NCBI GenBank assembly: GCA_963676795.2
Contig: CAXXTB010000002.1
Coordinates: 2,080,001 to 2,144,000 of the forward strand
From: Geopsychrobacteraceae bacterium
GTDB lineage: Bacteria > Desulfobacterota > Desulfuromonadia > Desulfuromonadales > Geopsychrobacteraceae
Reading direction: 5' to 3'
Length of the DNA stretch: 64,000 bases
Below are positions 1 to 8,981 of this stretch, in pieces. Position 1 is the stretch's first letter. Each line of letters opens with the position of its first letter. A program made the position numbers and the translations under genes. Under the pieces are notes generated by a model that saw only the letters and a list, made by a program, of their open reading frames with translations, was not told where the DNA came from and ran no database searches.

Positions 1-487
1 ATTCTCCGGGGCTGCCGAATAGCCTGGGACTACGCAGCCTGGACAGAAACAGGATCCGATCTCCAGGCAATGGCAGACGTTCCGCCTGCTCGATAAAAAG
101 TCTGACTCTCAGTGGTGAAGAAAAATCGATCGGCTGCGATTTCGTCCGCAGGGAGCAGACCTTGAGATCAAGACGCGCGCGCCCTTCACTGGCCGGTATC
201 ACCCGTAAAACCTCTGCACCAATGGTCAATTTCTGTTTGAGAAGTTCGGGTTCACTGGCAAGAGGATGGTGAGGTAAGGGTAAGGCTGAACGAAAGAAAG
301 CCAACAGAAAGAAACAGTAGAAGAGAGCAGAAGGCCTGCGCCATCCCGGCAACAGCAGTCCGACAACGCAAGCCGAAATAAAAACTGCAGTGGCGAGGTA
401 CAACCACTGCAGTGAAATCATGTCAAAATAACTGCCGCTGACAAGGCCGACACAGGTTGCCAGCAGTGCAACCAGAACAAGCTGCAT
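1..487 (-). CDS. comEC: ComEC/Rec2 DNA-uptake competence protein, N-terminal part (runs off the window start)
   Basis: Not in the ORF track. ATG at 487 follows a GGAGG RBS. Hand translation MQLVLVALLATCVGLVSG...LRVRLFIEQAERLPLPGDRILFLSRLRSPRLFGSPGE shows TM helices then the PGD...PR.FG.PGE(FD) pattern of the ComEC DUF4131 region. Confidence 0.75.
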   Translation of the reverse strand, partial: MQLVLVALLATCVGLVSGSYFDMISLQWLYLATAVFISACVVGLLLPGWRRPSALFYCFFLLAFFRSALPLPHHPLASEPELLKQKLTIGAEVLRVIPASEGRARLDLKVCSLRTKSQPIDFSSPLRVRLFIEQAERLPLPGDRILFLSRLRSPRLFGSPGE

Positions 488-541
488 AGCCCCTCCTTCA
501 ATGCAGCCAACTGTTAATGAAACGTCAAGTCCGAGCCAGAC

Positions 542-1531
542 TCAGGCCGATTGAACCTTTTTGCCAGCCTGCCCCTTGAGAGCCTCTTCGCTTTCGTACT
601 TCTTGATGAAGGATTCAGCCAGGGCGACATCCTCTTTACAGCCGATAAAGACCGGCGAACGTTCATGGATCTGAGTCGGCTTGAGATCGAGGATCCGTGT
701 GTGCCCATCAGATGCGGCACCACCGGCCTGCTCGACCAGGTAGGCCATCGGGTTCAGTTCAAAAAGCAGGCGTAATTTCCCCTGAGGCTGGGTTTTCAGA
801 TGCGGATAGAAGAAAATCCCCTTCCCCTTGAGCAGCACCTGATTGATATCCGGGACGAAACCGCCACTGTAGCGCAGCTTGACACCCCGCTCTTCAAGGG
901 AGGAGACAAAGGCTTCAACACCTGGCGTATAAAGATTGCGCTGGCCACCCGGAGCATAGAGGTTACCACTCGGCTCGAGCCTGATATTCTCGCGCAGCAG
1001 GGTGAACTCCATCAGGTTGTTCATACCGAATTCATGGACCCCTTTGCCGACGCTGTAAACCAGGGTTGTCCGCGGCCCGTACAGAATATAGATGGCACCG
1101 ACCTGATTGCGCCCGTGCTGCAACAGCTCACAGCCTTCATAAATGGAAACGATGGTACCGACCGCCAGATTGACATCGACCAGCGAAGAACCGTCCAACG
1201 GATCGAAAGCAACGGAATACTTACCTTCACAATCGGGGGAGATCGGCAGGATCTCGTCCATCTCCTCAGACATCATGTTGGCGACGACCCGCGAATGCTC
1301 AAGGCGCTTGCGCAGGATCCGGTCAGCCAGCACGTCAAGGGCCAGCTGCTCTTCGCCATAGAGGTTAGAGGTACCGGCAACCCCGAGGTCACCGGTTCGA
1401 ATCGAGTTGATAATGTATTTCGAGGCCTCGGCGATTTCACAAATCAGGTGAATCAGGCTTTCGTGAACATAATTCTCACGCAGGTGCCTGCGCAGGTCGA
1501 TCTGAAACTTTGTTTTTCCCGGTTCGCTCAT
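542..1531 (-). CDS. fbp: Fructose-1,6-bisphosphatase class 1
   Basis: GEEQLALDV, FDPLDGSS, LRYSGGFVPD and GKLRLLFELNPMA motifs. Confidence 0.95.
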   Translation of the reverse strand: MSEPGKTKFQIDLRRHLRENYVHESLIHLICEIAEASKYIINSIRTGDLGVAGTSNLYGEEQLALDVLADRILRKRLEHSRVVANMMSEEMDEILPISPDCEGKYSVAFDPLDGSSLVDVNLAVGTIVSIYEGCELLQHGRNQVGAIYILYGPRTTLVYSVGKGVHEFGMNNLMEFTLLRENIRLEPSGNLYAPGGQRNLYTPGVEAFVSSLEERGVKLRYSGGFVPDINQVLLKGKGIFFYPHLKTQPQGKLRLLFELNPMAYLVEQAGGAASDGHTRILDLKPTQIHERSPVFIGCKEDVALAESFIKKYESEEALKGQAGKKVQSA

Positions 1532-1671
1532 GCGAAGGTCTCTCCCTATCGGTGGATATCAATCAGAAAATTTGAATCGGTACTACGTGCTTGCCTTGAA
1601 TCAATCAGGACAGTCTAGCCCAGAATGGCGGCAACGGCAACCATTGTCTCACAGTTAGGAACCGTTTCGCA

Positions 1672-2457
1672 TCAGCCCTGATTCCCCTCACCGGGGGAAT
1701 CACACCAGAGCAGAGTCGCCCCGACAACGGCCAGCGGGATGCAGAAAAACTGGACGAAAGGGATGGCCAGCAGCACGAAGACGCTGCAGGAGAAGCCGCC
1801 CATCAGCAGTGGTCGCCGAAAGAGATAACGCCGCAGCTGAGAAAAACTGTAGTGCTTACGCATGGTCACAAACGCCATGTATTCGACACCGAGGAAGAAC
1901 AGGGTCAGCAGCGGCGCGAAAACCGTGTAAACGAGGGTTCCGACCAGAGGCAGAAAATTCAGCGAAAGCAGGATAATCATACAGGCGACGAAAAAAGCCA
2001 TCTTCTTGAGTTCATAGCCGACGGCATATTTCGCTTCGCTCAGGATCATGGCCAGCCCCATCCCCTGCTCAGGAGACTCCCCGCGCACCAATAACTCGGT
2101 CCGCTCGGAAAGAAACTCGTTGAACGGCGAAGCGATCAGGTTGCCGATCAGGGTGAAGGTGAAGAAGACAATCACCGTCGTCAGCAGCAGGGCCACCACC
2201 CAGGCCAGATAGTAGAGGATCAGCCCATACCAGACCTCGCTGCCCGGAGCATAGTGCTCAAGAGCCCAGTCAAACCAGCCAAGGCCGAAATAGACCACCG
2301 CCGAAAAAATAATCAGGTTGATCAGGAACGGGATTGCGACATAGCGCAACAGGCTCGGATGGCGGCGAAAGAAGCCGACGGCCCGGAAGGGGTAACTGAA
2401 GCCCCGGCCGAAACCGGAGACCGGCCGGACAGCGGCGGAACCGACTTGCTTGATCAT
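1672..2457 (-). CDS. EI24/CysZ-like membrane protein
   Basis: Hydrophobic helices with GNLIASPFNEFLSE and a C-terminal IPFVQFFCIPLAVVGAT. Start overlaps the upstream stop (ATGA). Confidence 0.8.
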   Translation of the reverse strand: MIKQVGSAAVRPVSGFGRGFSYPFRAVGFFRRHPSLLRYVAIPFLINLIIFSAVVYFGLGWFDWALEHYAPGSEVWYGLILYYLAWVVALLLTTVIVFFTFTLIGNLIASPFNEFLSERTELLVRGESPEQGMGLAMILSEAKYAVGYELKKMAFFVACMIILLSLNFLPLVGTLVYTVFAPLLTLFFLGVEYMAFVTMRKHYSFSQLRRYLFRRPLLMGGFSCSVFVLLAIPFVQFFCIPLAVVGATLLWCDSPGEGNQG

Positions 2458-3326
2458 GGGTTCCCCCCACAGGCCGCCAGCCCCGCATCCAGGGTCGGAT
2501 AGAGCAGCTCGATCTGCAGGTCATGGAGCAGCTTTGCATTCGACATACGCCGCGATTCCTTGAGAAAAGAGAGGGTCAGCGGATTCATGACCTTTTCGGC
2601 TTCGGCCATGCTCAACTGTTCCGGCTGAGGCAGACCGCAACATGTCGCCACCCGGCTGAAGTAGTCGCTCATGCTGCTCGCATTGCCGTCACAGACATTG
2701 AAGATAGCGCCCCCCTCACCTCTCTCCATCGCGGCCAGACAGATGCGCACCAGATCGAGGCTGTGAATGCGATTGGTCAGGGGAGAATCCTCGGGGCGCA
2801 GGACCTGGTGACCTTTGGTCAGCTGAGCGACAGGCAGGCGGCCGGGACCGTAGATACCGGTCACCCTGAGGATCACCAGATCGAAGCCCAGATCGCGGGC
2901 CTTTTCCTGCAGCTGGGATTCAGCACTGACCCGACGTTTGGCCCGGCTCGTCTGCGAATTGAGCGGCGTATCCTCGGTCACCAAGGCTCCCCCGCAGTCA
3001 CCGTAAACACCGCTGGTGCTGATGTAGACGATTTTTGCAGGGCAGTTATCCGCAGCCAGCTGTCGGCAGAAATTGGTCATCCGGTAATCGCTGCTGCCGC
3101 CCCCCTGGGGAGGCATGAAGTAATAAATGTACTGTCCCCGCAACTCCAGGGCGGGAAGCTCGTCACGATAATCGAAATCGGCGATTGTCGCAGCAATCCC
3201 CAACTCCGCCAGCCGCTGTCGGCTCTCTTCGCTATGCGCCGTCGCCAGGACCGAGGCCCCGCGCTCCAGCAAACTGCGGGCGACACGCTTGCCGATATCG
3301 CCACATCCAACAATCAGATAAGACAT
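2454..3326 (-). CDS. NAD-dependent epimerase/dehydratase (atypical SDR)
   Basis: IVGCGDIG Rossmann motif, YISTSGVYG, GIYGPGR, NRIH. Start moved to ATG 3326. Confidence 0.85.
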   Translation of the reverse strand: MSYLIVGCGDIGKRVARSLLERGASVLATAHSEESRQRLAELGIAATIADFDYRDELPALELRGQYIYYFMPPQGGGSSDYRMTNFCRQLAADNCPAKIVYISTSGVYGDCGGALVTEDTPLNSQTSRAKRRVSAESQLQEKARDLGFDLVILRVTGIYGPGRLPVAQLTKGHQVLRPEDSPLTNRIHSLDLVRICLAAMERGEGGAIFNVCDGNASSMSDYFSRVATCCGLPQPEQLSMAEAEKVMNPLTLSFLKESRRMSNAKLLHDLQIELLYPTLDAGLAACGGNP

Positions 3327-3348
3327 TGAGCTTCGATCCCCCACCCCT

Positions 3349-5988
3349 TCAATCAAGGCTTTTGCTGACAATCTCATACAGATCGCGCGACAGCTTGGCG
3401 GCCTTGAGCAGCTCGAGCTGTTCTTTCATCAGGCCACCTCTTGCTGATTCCAGCCGCTTCCAGCGCGTCAGCGGAGCGGCCATCCTGGCCGCAAGCTGTG
3501 GATTCTTACTATCTATCTGGATAATCTGGTCGACCAGCAGGCGGTAACCGGCCCCGTCGCCGCGATGGAATACCGCCTGGTTCTGGGCAAAAGAACCGAT
3601 CAGCGAGCGGGCGCGGTTCGGGTTCGCCAGGGTGAAGTCGGGATGTTCAAGCAGCCTGACGATCTCAGCATAGGTTTCGTCCCGATGCCCGAGCGCCTGG
3701 ACACTGAACCACTTGTCGAGCAGCAGCGGATGCCTGTGCCACTGGGCATGGAAGTCGGCGATAATCTCTGAACGTTCCGGGATAAGGCTGTCGGCGATAA
3801 CCCCGAAAGCGGCAAGGCGATCGGTCATGTTGGTCGCTCCGCGATACTGGGCCAGGCTGATTTCACGCGCCCGGTCTTCTTCCAGGCGCATCAGCTGCAC
3901 CAGGCAGAAATTTTTCAGCGCGCGTTGACCCAGATCAGCCGCAGCGAGTCGATAGCCACCATCAGTCGCGACATTCTCTGCATAGCGCTGGTAAAGCAGA
4001 TCACGGTTGCGCTCATCCAGCAGCTTGAGAGCCGCGCTGCGCACCTGGCGAAGCAGCTGCGGATCAAAACCATCGATCAGCTCAGCCAGGTACTGCTCAC
4101 TCGGCAGGGTCAGCAACTGGACCAGCAGGCTGGGGTCAGCACTGCGATCAGCAAGAGCGCTGCTCCAGGCGTCGATAAAGACATCCTGCAACTGCCCGGA
4201 CCGACCGTTCTGAGCGCCCCGATAGAGACGCAGAAGTTCCTTGCTGGCGAGCATCTGCCCAGCCTCCCAGCGATTGAACGGGTCAGTATCATGGGCCATG
4301 CGAAAAGCCAGGTCTGCGTCGGAGAGATCGACCTCAAGCTTGACCGGGGCCGAAAAACCGCGCAGCGGCGAGAGCACCGGCCGCTCAGGAAGATTGATAA
4401 AGACGAACTCCTGCTCTGCTGCCGTGATATCGAGAACCCGCGTCGTCGCCCCCGGCTGGGCTTCCCCGTCAAGCTGCAGGGGCAGATCCTGCCCGGCAGA
4501 ATCAAGCAGGCCGAGACTGAGAGGGATATGGAACGGCAGTTTTTCTGGCTGCCCCGGCGTTGGTGGGCAGTTCTGGAAAACCTGAAGCGTCAGTGTCCCG
4601 GCTGCTTCGTCATAGTCCTGGACAATCTTCACGGATGGCGTCCCCGCCTGGGCATACCAGCGCCGAAAGAGCTCCAGATCGGCACCGCCGGCCTCCTCCA
4701 TGGCCGCCACGAAATCGTCACAGGTGGCGGCTTCGCCGTCGTGGCGGCTGAGGTAAAGCTGAACACCGGCGATAAACCGCTCACGGCCGAGCAGGGTCTG
4801 CATCATGCGGATCACCTCGGCGCCCTTGTTGTAGACCGTTGTCGTGTAGAAATTGTTGATCTCCACATAGGATTCAGGGCGCACCGGATGGGCCATCGGG
4901 CCGCTGTCCTCGGGAAACTGGAACTGGCGCAACACGCGCACGTCATCGATCCGCTTGACCGCACGGGAATTCATGTCGGAGGAGAATTCCTGATCGCGGA
5001 AGACGGTCAGTCCCTCCTTGAGACTCAGCTGGAACCAGTCCCGGCAGGTCACCCGGTTGCCGGTCCAGTTATGAAAATATTCGTGAGCGATCACCGATTC
5101 GACCCCGAGATAGTCGATATCGGTGGCGGTCTCCGGATGGGCAAGAACGTACTTGGAGTTAAAAACGTTCAACCCCTTGTTCTCCATCGCTCCCATGTTG
5201 AAATCATCTACTGCAACGATCATGTAGCGATCAAGGTCGTATTCGAGGCCGTAGACCTCCTCATCCCACTTCAGCGACTTCTTCAGCGACTCCATGGCGT
5301 GATCACAATAATCGGCGTTACGCGGCTCGACATAGATCTGCAGCAGCACATCGCGCCCGGTCATGGTGGTGAAGTGATCCTCAAGGCAAACCAGGTTGCC
5401 AGCCACCAGCGCGAAGAGATAGCTCGGCTTACGGAACGGGTCTTCCCACTGGGCAAAATGGCGCCCGCCTTCCAGCTCTCCCCGGGCAATCAGATTGCCA
5501 TTGCTCAAGAGCACAGGAACCGACCTGTCAGCCTCGATCCGGACCCGGAATTTAGCCAAGACATCCGGACGGTCAAGATAGTAGGTTATCTTGCGGAACC
5601 CTTCGGCCTCACACTGGGTACAATAGTTACCGCTCGACTGGTAGAGCCCTTCCATCGAGGTGTTGCCCGGCGGATCGATCCGCGTCACAACCTCTAGGAC
5701 AAAGGTCTCTGCAGGCCGGGCAAGCGTCAGGCTCTCGGCGTCGACGGCATACTCATGATCAGCAAGCTGGCGGCCGTCAACTTTCAGCTCCAGCAGTTCA
5801 AGCTGCTCACCGACCAGGACCAGAGGCTCCAGAACCCCGTTTCGGTCGGGATTCAGACGCAGCTGAAGGCGTGAATGAACGTGCGTTTTTTCACCCAGAT
5901 CGAAATCGAGGTCGACCTGATCGATCAGAAAAGCCGGGGTTGTATAATCGTGACGATAAATGGCCTGTGGCATATCTGCAGAATTCAT
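3349..5988 (-). CDS. pepN: Aminopeptidase N (M1 family)
   Basis: TQCEAEGFR, GAMENKGLN, HEYFH...LKEG zinc motif, NFYTTTVYNKGAEV. Start uncertain (6003, 5988 or 5973). Confidence 0.97.
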   Translation of the reverse strand: MNSADMPQAIYRHDYTTPAFLIDQVDLDFDLGEKTHVHSRLQLRLNPDRNGVLEPLVLVGEQLELLELKVDGRQLADHEYAVDAESLTLARPAETFVLEVVTRIDPPGNTSMEGLYQSSGNYCTQCEAEGFRKITYYLDRPDVLAKFRVRIEADRSVPVLLSNGNLIARGELEGGRHFAQWEDPFRKPSYLFALVAGNLVCLEDHFTTMTGRDVLLQIYVEPRNADYCDHAMESLKKSLKWDEEVYGLEYDLDRYMIVAVDDFNMGAMENKGLNVFNSKYVLAHPETATDIDYLGVESVIAHEYFHNWTGNRVTCRDWFQLSLKEGLTVFRDQEFSSDMNSRAVKRIDDVRVLRQFQFPEDSGPMAHPVRPESYVEINNFYTTTVYNKGAEVIRMMQTLLGRERFIAGVQLYLSRHDGEAATCDDFVAAMEEAGGADLELFRRWYAQAGTPSVKIVQDYDEAAGTLTLQVFQNCPPTPGQPEKLPFHIPLSLGLLDSAGQDLPLQLDGEAQPGATTRVLDITAAEQEFVFINLPERPVLSPLRGFSAPVKLEVDLSDADLAFRMAHDTDPFNRWEAGQMLASKELLRLYRGAQNGRSGQLQDVFIDAWSSALADRSADPSLLVQLLTLPSEQYLAELIDGFDPQLLRQVRSAALKLLDERNRDLLYQRYAENVATDGGYRLAAADLGQRALKNFCLVQLMRLEEDRAREISLAQYRGATNMTDRLAAFGVIADSLIPERSEIIADFHAQWHRHPLLLDKWFSVQALGHRDETYAEIVRLLEHPDFTLANPNRARSLIGSFAQNQAVFHRGDGAGYRLLVDQIIQIDSKNPQLAARMAAPLTRWKRLESARGGLMKEQLELLKAAKLSRDLYEIVSKSLD

Positions 5989-6128
5989 AGTGATAACTCG
6001 CATGGCGTAGCGGATTGCTTTTTTGAGCAGCCCGATAGAGGTTTCATATTCTGTTCAAGATAACATTTTTGACCCGCAGGTAAAAGACGCTTGCCGCAAC
6101 AAAGACGGGCAGCCGTATGGATAGTCAA

Positions 6129-6176
6129 AACGGCACTTCTCGCCCTAAAGATCAATCACAGGGGAAAAGTGCCGTT
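6129..6176 (-). terminator. Probable terminator hairpin downstream of the hypothetical gene
   Basis: 10-bp inverted repeat AACGGCACTT/AAGTGCCGTT with a large loop. Confidence 0.45.
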
Positions 6177-6221
6177 CTTTGCGAGCGACAAAAGTAAAGT
6201 GGCTCTAGCCGATCAAATCGA

Positions 6222-7373
6222 TCAGGCGTCGATATCAAGCGGAGCCTGTTCTGTCAGGCCCAGCTCTCCATCAGGACGCGGATAGAGGGTAGATCGATAG
6301 CCATTTTCATCCAGCGCCGACAACCCGACCGGGGCAAACGAGGCAAAGTTGAAACGCAGGAAGCTGGCTGACTCCTCCTCTTCGATGCGCAGATTCCAGA
6401 CCCGGGTCAACGTCTGATACAAATTGCCGTCTGCGCCATCGACATCATCAACTCCGGCATACAGGCCATCCATCGTCTCCTCAGCGGCTGAGTTCCCAGC
6501 CTCGACATCAGCTTCAGATTCTGCCGCAGGAGGTGACTGCACCAGCGGAGAGCGGGTCAACTGCTGACTGATTTCAAGCAGGCTGGAGCGGTTGACAACC
6601 AGGGCTTCGAACCCTGCCGTCATGCTCGTGGCATCCGCAGTGGCGGGGAGTGCAGCGGCATCCCCCTCTTCATCCGACAAGCCCTCCGCAGCAAGCGCCC
6701 CGTCGAGCTGCAGATCGAACAGTGACAGCGACAGGCTGTCTGAGCTGCTGCGGCTGATGGAGAATTCGCCACTGGTCAGATTCAGGGAAAAATCGAAGGT
6801 TCGCGTCTGAACAGCCGAGACCAGCAGGCCGGAGGCAGCAACGGAGGACGAAGAAGTTCCTTCGGCATTTGACTGATAGGAATCCTGCAGCTGATAGGCC
6901 TCGATACTGACACTGCGCGTCATCGAAACGGAGAGGTCGATCTGCTCGGCGCCCCCTTCCTGAAGGGCAGAGGTCAGACTGCGCGACAGCTGCTTGGCCA
7001 GTTGCGGAGCTAGTCCCATCCCTTTGAACAGCTTGCTGAAATCCTTGCCAATTCGGCGCAAACCGCCCCGGGATATTTCCTCTTCGGCCGTCGCCGAATC
7101 GACCTGGGTTGCCGAATCAAGAGCCCTGGACAGTGATTGACTCAGGTCTGAAAAAGCCTTGAGGCTTCTCTTGTCGTTGATCTGATGCTGATTCGCCCGG
7201 GACTCAAGAGCAGCGCTCAGGACGCTGCCCTTGCCATGAGAATGACGCGATTCTGCAGAATCGCTGATCTGTTCAGAATGCCGGGCCGGATACTTTGCTG
7301 CCGCTGGGCTGTAGGAGGTAGGTGGAAGCGCTGAAGTTACGGACGTGACCGATTGACTCATAAGCTTCTCCAT
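6222..7373 (-). CDS. Hypothetical Ser/Ala/acidic-rich protein
   Basis: 383-aa ORF with no recognisable catalytic motif. It has a sigma28-like promoter upstream. Confidence 0.7.
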   Translation of the reverse strand: MEKLMSQSVTSVTSALPPTSYSPAAAKYPARHSEQISDSAESRHSHGKGSVLSAALESRANQHQINDKRSLKAFSDLSQSLSRALDSATQVDSATAEEEISRGGLRRIGKDFSKLFKGMGLAPQLAKQLSRSLTSALQEGGAEQIDLSVSMTRSVSIEAYQLQDSYQSNAEGTSSSSVAASGLLVSAVQTRTFDFSLNLTSGEFSISRSSSDSLSLSLFDLQLDGALAAEGLSDEEGDAAALPATADATSMTAGFEALVVNRSSLLEISQQLTRSPLVQSPPAAESEADVEAGNSAAEETMDGLYAGVDDVDGADGNLYQTLTRVWNLRIEEEESASFLRFNFASFAPVGLSALDENGYRSTLYPRPDGELGLTEQAPLDIDA

Positions 7374-7425
7374 AGGTTTTCATTTGTCTTTTATTGTTTA
7401 CATTTGATTAAGTCTAGACGACTTC

Positions 7426-7453
7426 TTTTCGACAGTCCGCAGGGAAATCTTTA
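7426..7453 (-). promoter_or_regulatory. Sigma28 (FliA)-like promoter
   Basis: Minus strand TAAAGATT-N12-GTCGAAAA versus consensus TAAAGTTT-N11-GCCGATAA, about 50 nt upstream of the hypothetical gene. Confidence 0.55.
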
Positions 7454-7487
7454 CAGCCAAAGAGCAACAGATGCGCCCTTTGAATAG

Positions 7488-7521
7488 AAAAAGGCACACC
7501 AGATTGCAGTGCGCCTTTCTT
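7488..7521 (-). terminator. Rho-independent terminator
   Basis: AAAGGCAC...GCGCCTTT hairpin with a U-tract on the minus strand, just after the small Cys-rich ORF. Confidence 0.6.
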
Positions 7522-7548
7522 AAAAACAGATTTTGTTATGCAAATTTC

Positions 7549-7752
7549 TCAGACCGGAAAGGCTTCCAGCGCCTGTTCCTCGTTCCAGAGTTCGACAGCT
7601 TCGGCAAGAGAAGCGGCCACGGCCATCTTTTCACAACAATCCTTCGAACAATAGATTCCGTAACGGCTCGATGGCGCAAAGCCGCTCGGTCCGAAACGTT
7701 TTGCCTGACCTCCACAACGGCAGGGAACCGCCGGATGTAGTTGCATATCCAT
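7549..7752 (-). CDS. Small Cys-rich protein resembling the Lar restriction-alleviation zinc ribbon
   Basis: AGGAG RBS then MDMQLHPAVPCRCGG...GIYCSKDCC...EAVELWN. The PCxCG / C..C / EA..xWN layout resembles the Lar family. Confidence 0.6.
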   Translation of the reverse strand: MDMQLHPAVPCRCGGQAKRFGPSGFAPSSRYGIYCSKDCCEKMAVAASLAEAVELWNEEQALEAFPV

Positions 7753-7873
7753 ATCTCTCACTCCTGACAAAAAATAAATAACCCCCGTTCGCCCGTTATC
7801 CGGGGGACAATAGAACTATTTATCTATTTAATCGCATTATTGAGTCAAGAGCATTTGGCGAGACCAGCAGAGC

Positions 7874-8392
7874 CTATTCGTAATCGCGATAGAGCAAGCT
7901 GGGCTGAATCCCCGAATTTCCCTGGTATTTTCCACTTGAATATTCTTCGTACTCACCTTCCAGGGTGTGATAATAGATCTGGCAGATCTCGACCCCGGCA
8001 TAGATGCGAATCGGCTCAACACAGAAAATTTCCAGCGTCCAGTAGCCCTTGAAGCCGACGTCGCCAAACCCGGCGGTGACATGGATAAACAACCCCAGGC
8101 GGCCGACCGAAGAACGCCCCTCAAGCATCGGCACCAGATTGTGGGTTTCGGTGTACTCGGCCGTGCGCCCCAGGTAGAGACGATTGGTCTCAAGCACCAG
8201 CCCTTGCTCAGGAATGCGGATCAGTTCATGCGGATTTTCGCGTTTCATATCGAGAGGACTCTGGGTATAGATCAGCAGTTCATCATGCAGGCTCAGGTTG
8301 TAACTGTTCGGATTGATCCGTTGCGGCTGATAGGGATCAATAATGATGTCGCCGTTCATCCTGGAGGCGATCTCTTTACCGGAGAGAATCAT
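7874..8392 (-). CDS. dcd: dCTP deaminase
   Basis: MILSG, NPNSYNL, EGRSSVGRLGL, AGFGDVGFKG, TLEI, ICQI, KYQG. Start moved to ATG 8392. Confidence 0.93.
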   Translation of the reverse strand: MILSGKEIASRMNGDIIIDPYQPQRINPNSYNLSLHDELLIYTQSPLDMKRENPHELIRIPEQGLVLETNRLYLGRTAEYTETHNLVPMLEGRSSVGRLGLFIHVTAGFGDVGFKGYWTLEIFCVEPIRIYAGVEICQIYYHTLEGEYEEYSSGKYQGNSGIQPSLLYRDYE

Positions 8393-8581
8393 AGGCTGTC
8401 TGTTCCAATCTGGATTGATATTGTAATGGCTTGTCCGACCGACTTGCTGAATCAGTGCATATCCTATTGAAGGTACCAAGTACAGGTCAAGTGGCAGGAG
8501 ACTCGCGGAGCGAAGCATAAATTCGACGACAATAGCCGCTAAGCACTGGTCAAGATATAAATGACGTGCTATTTTCTCGCA

Positions 8582-8899
8582 TCAGTCCCGAATGGTCCCG
8601 CAGGACCAGCAGGCACCGAAGTGCCCGTCACAAAGCTCGTGACAGTTCGGGCAGAGCCACGGCGGCTCAGTATTTGGGTCGCTCTTCAGCCAGGCATCGA
8701 GAAACATCTTCGCCCGTGGAAAAACTTCGTCATCGACAACCCAGAGTTCCGGATAACACTCAATAAACGGAATTTCACCGGTAGCGGAGGCAAGTTGCTC
8801 ATTGCGCAAAATACACTCGATCCCCTCCTGGGCAAGAATATCTCTGATCATCCCTGCCTGCAGCCGATCCTGAAAACTGAATACATGAAGTTTTTTCAT
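8582..8899 (-). CDS. DUF2007-type putative signal-transducing protein with C-terminal zinc ribbon
   Basis: L..EGIEC.LRNE...GEIP...PELWV, then WLCPNCHE...FGACWSCG. Confidence 0.8.
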   Translation of the reverse strand: MKKLHVFSFQDRLQAGMIRDILAQEGIECILRNEQLASATGEIPFIECYPELWVVDDEVFPRAKMFLDAWLKSDPNTEPPWLCPNCHELCDGHFGACWSCGTIRD

Positions 8900-8981
8900 G
8901 CGCCTATTATAGGCTGAGAAATCGCTTTTTTAAAAATAATTGAGTAATATTAAAGTCAAATTGTCACAAGGAGTGGAAATT

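Noticed and set aside
3925..5697. Long antisense ORFs (590 aa here; also 8964-10082, 43104-44291, 51153-52265 and others)
   Set aside because: They are shadows of well-supported genes on the opposite strand in GC-rich DNA, with no recognisable motifs.
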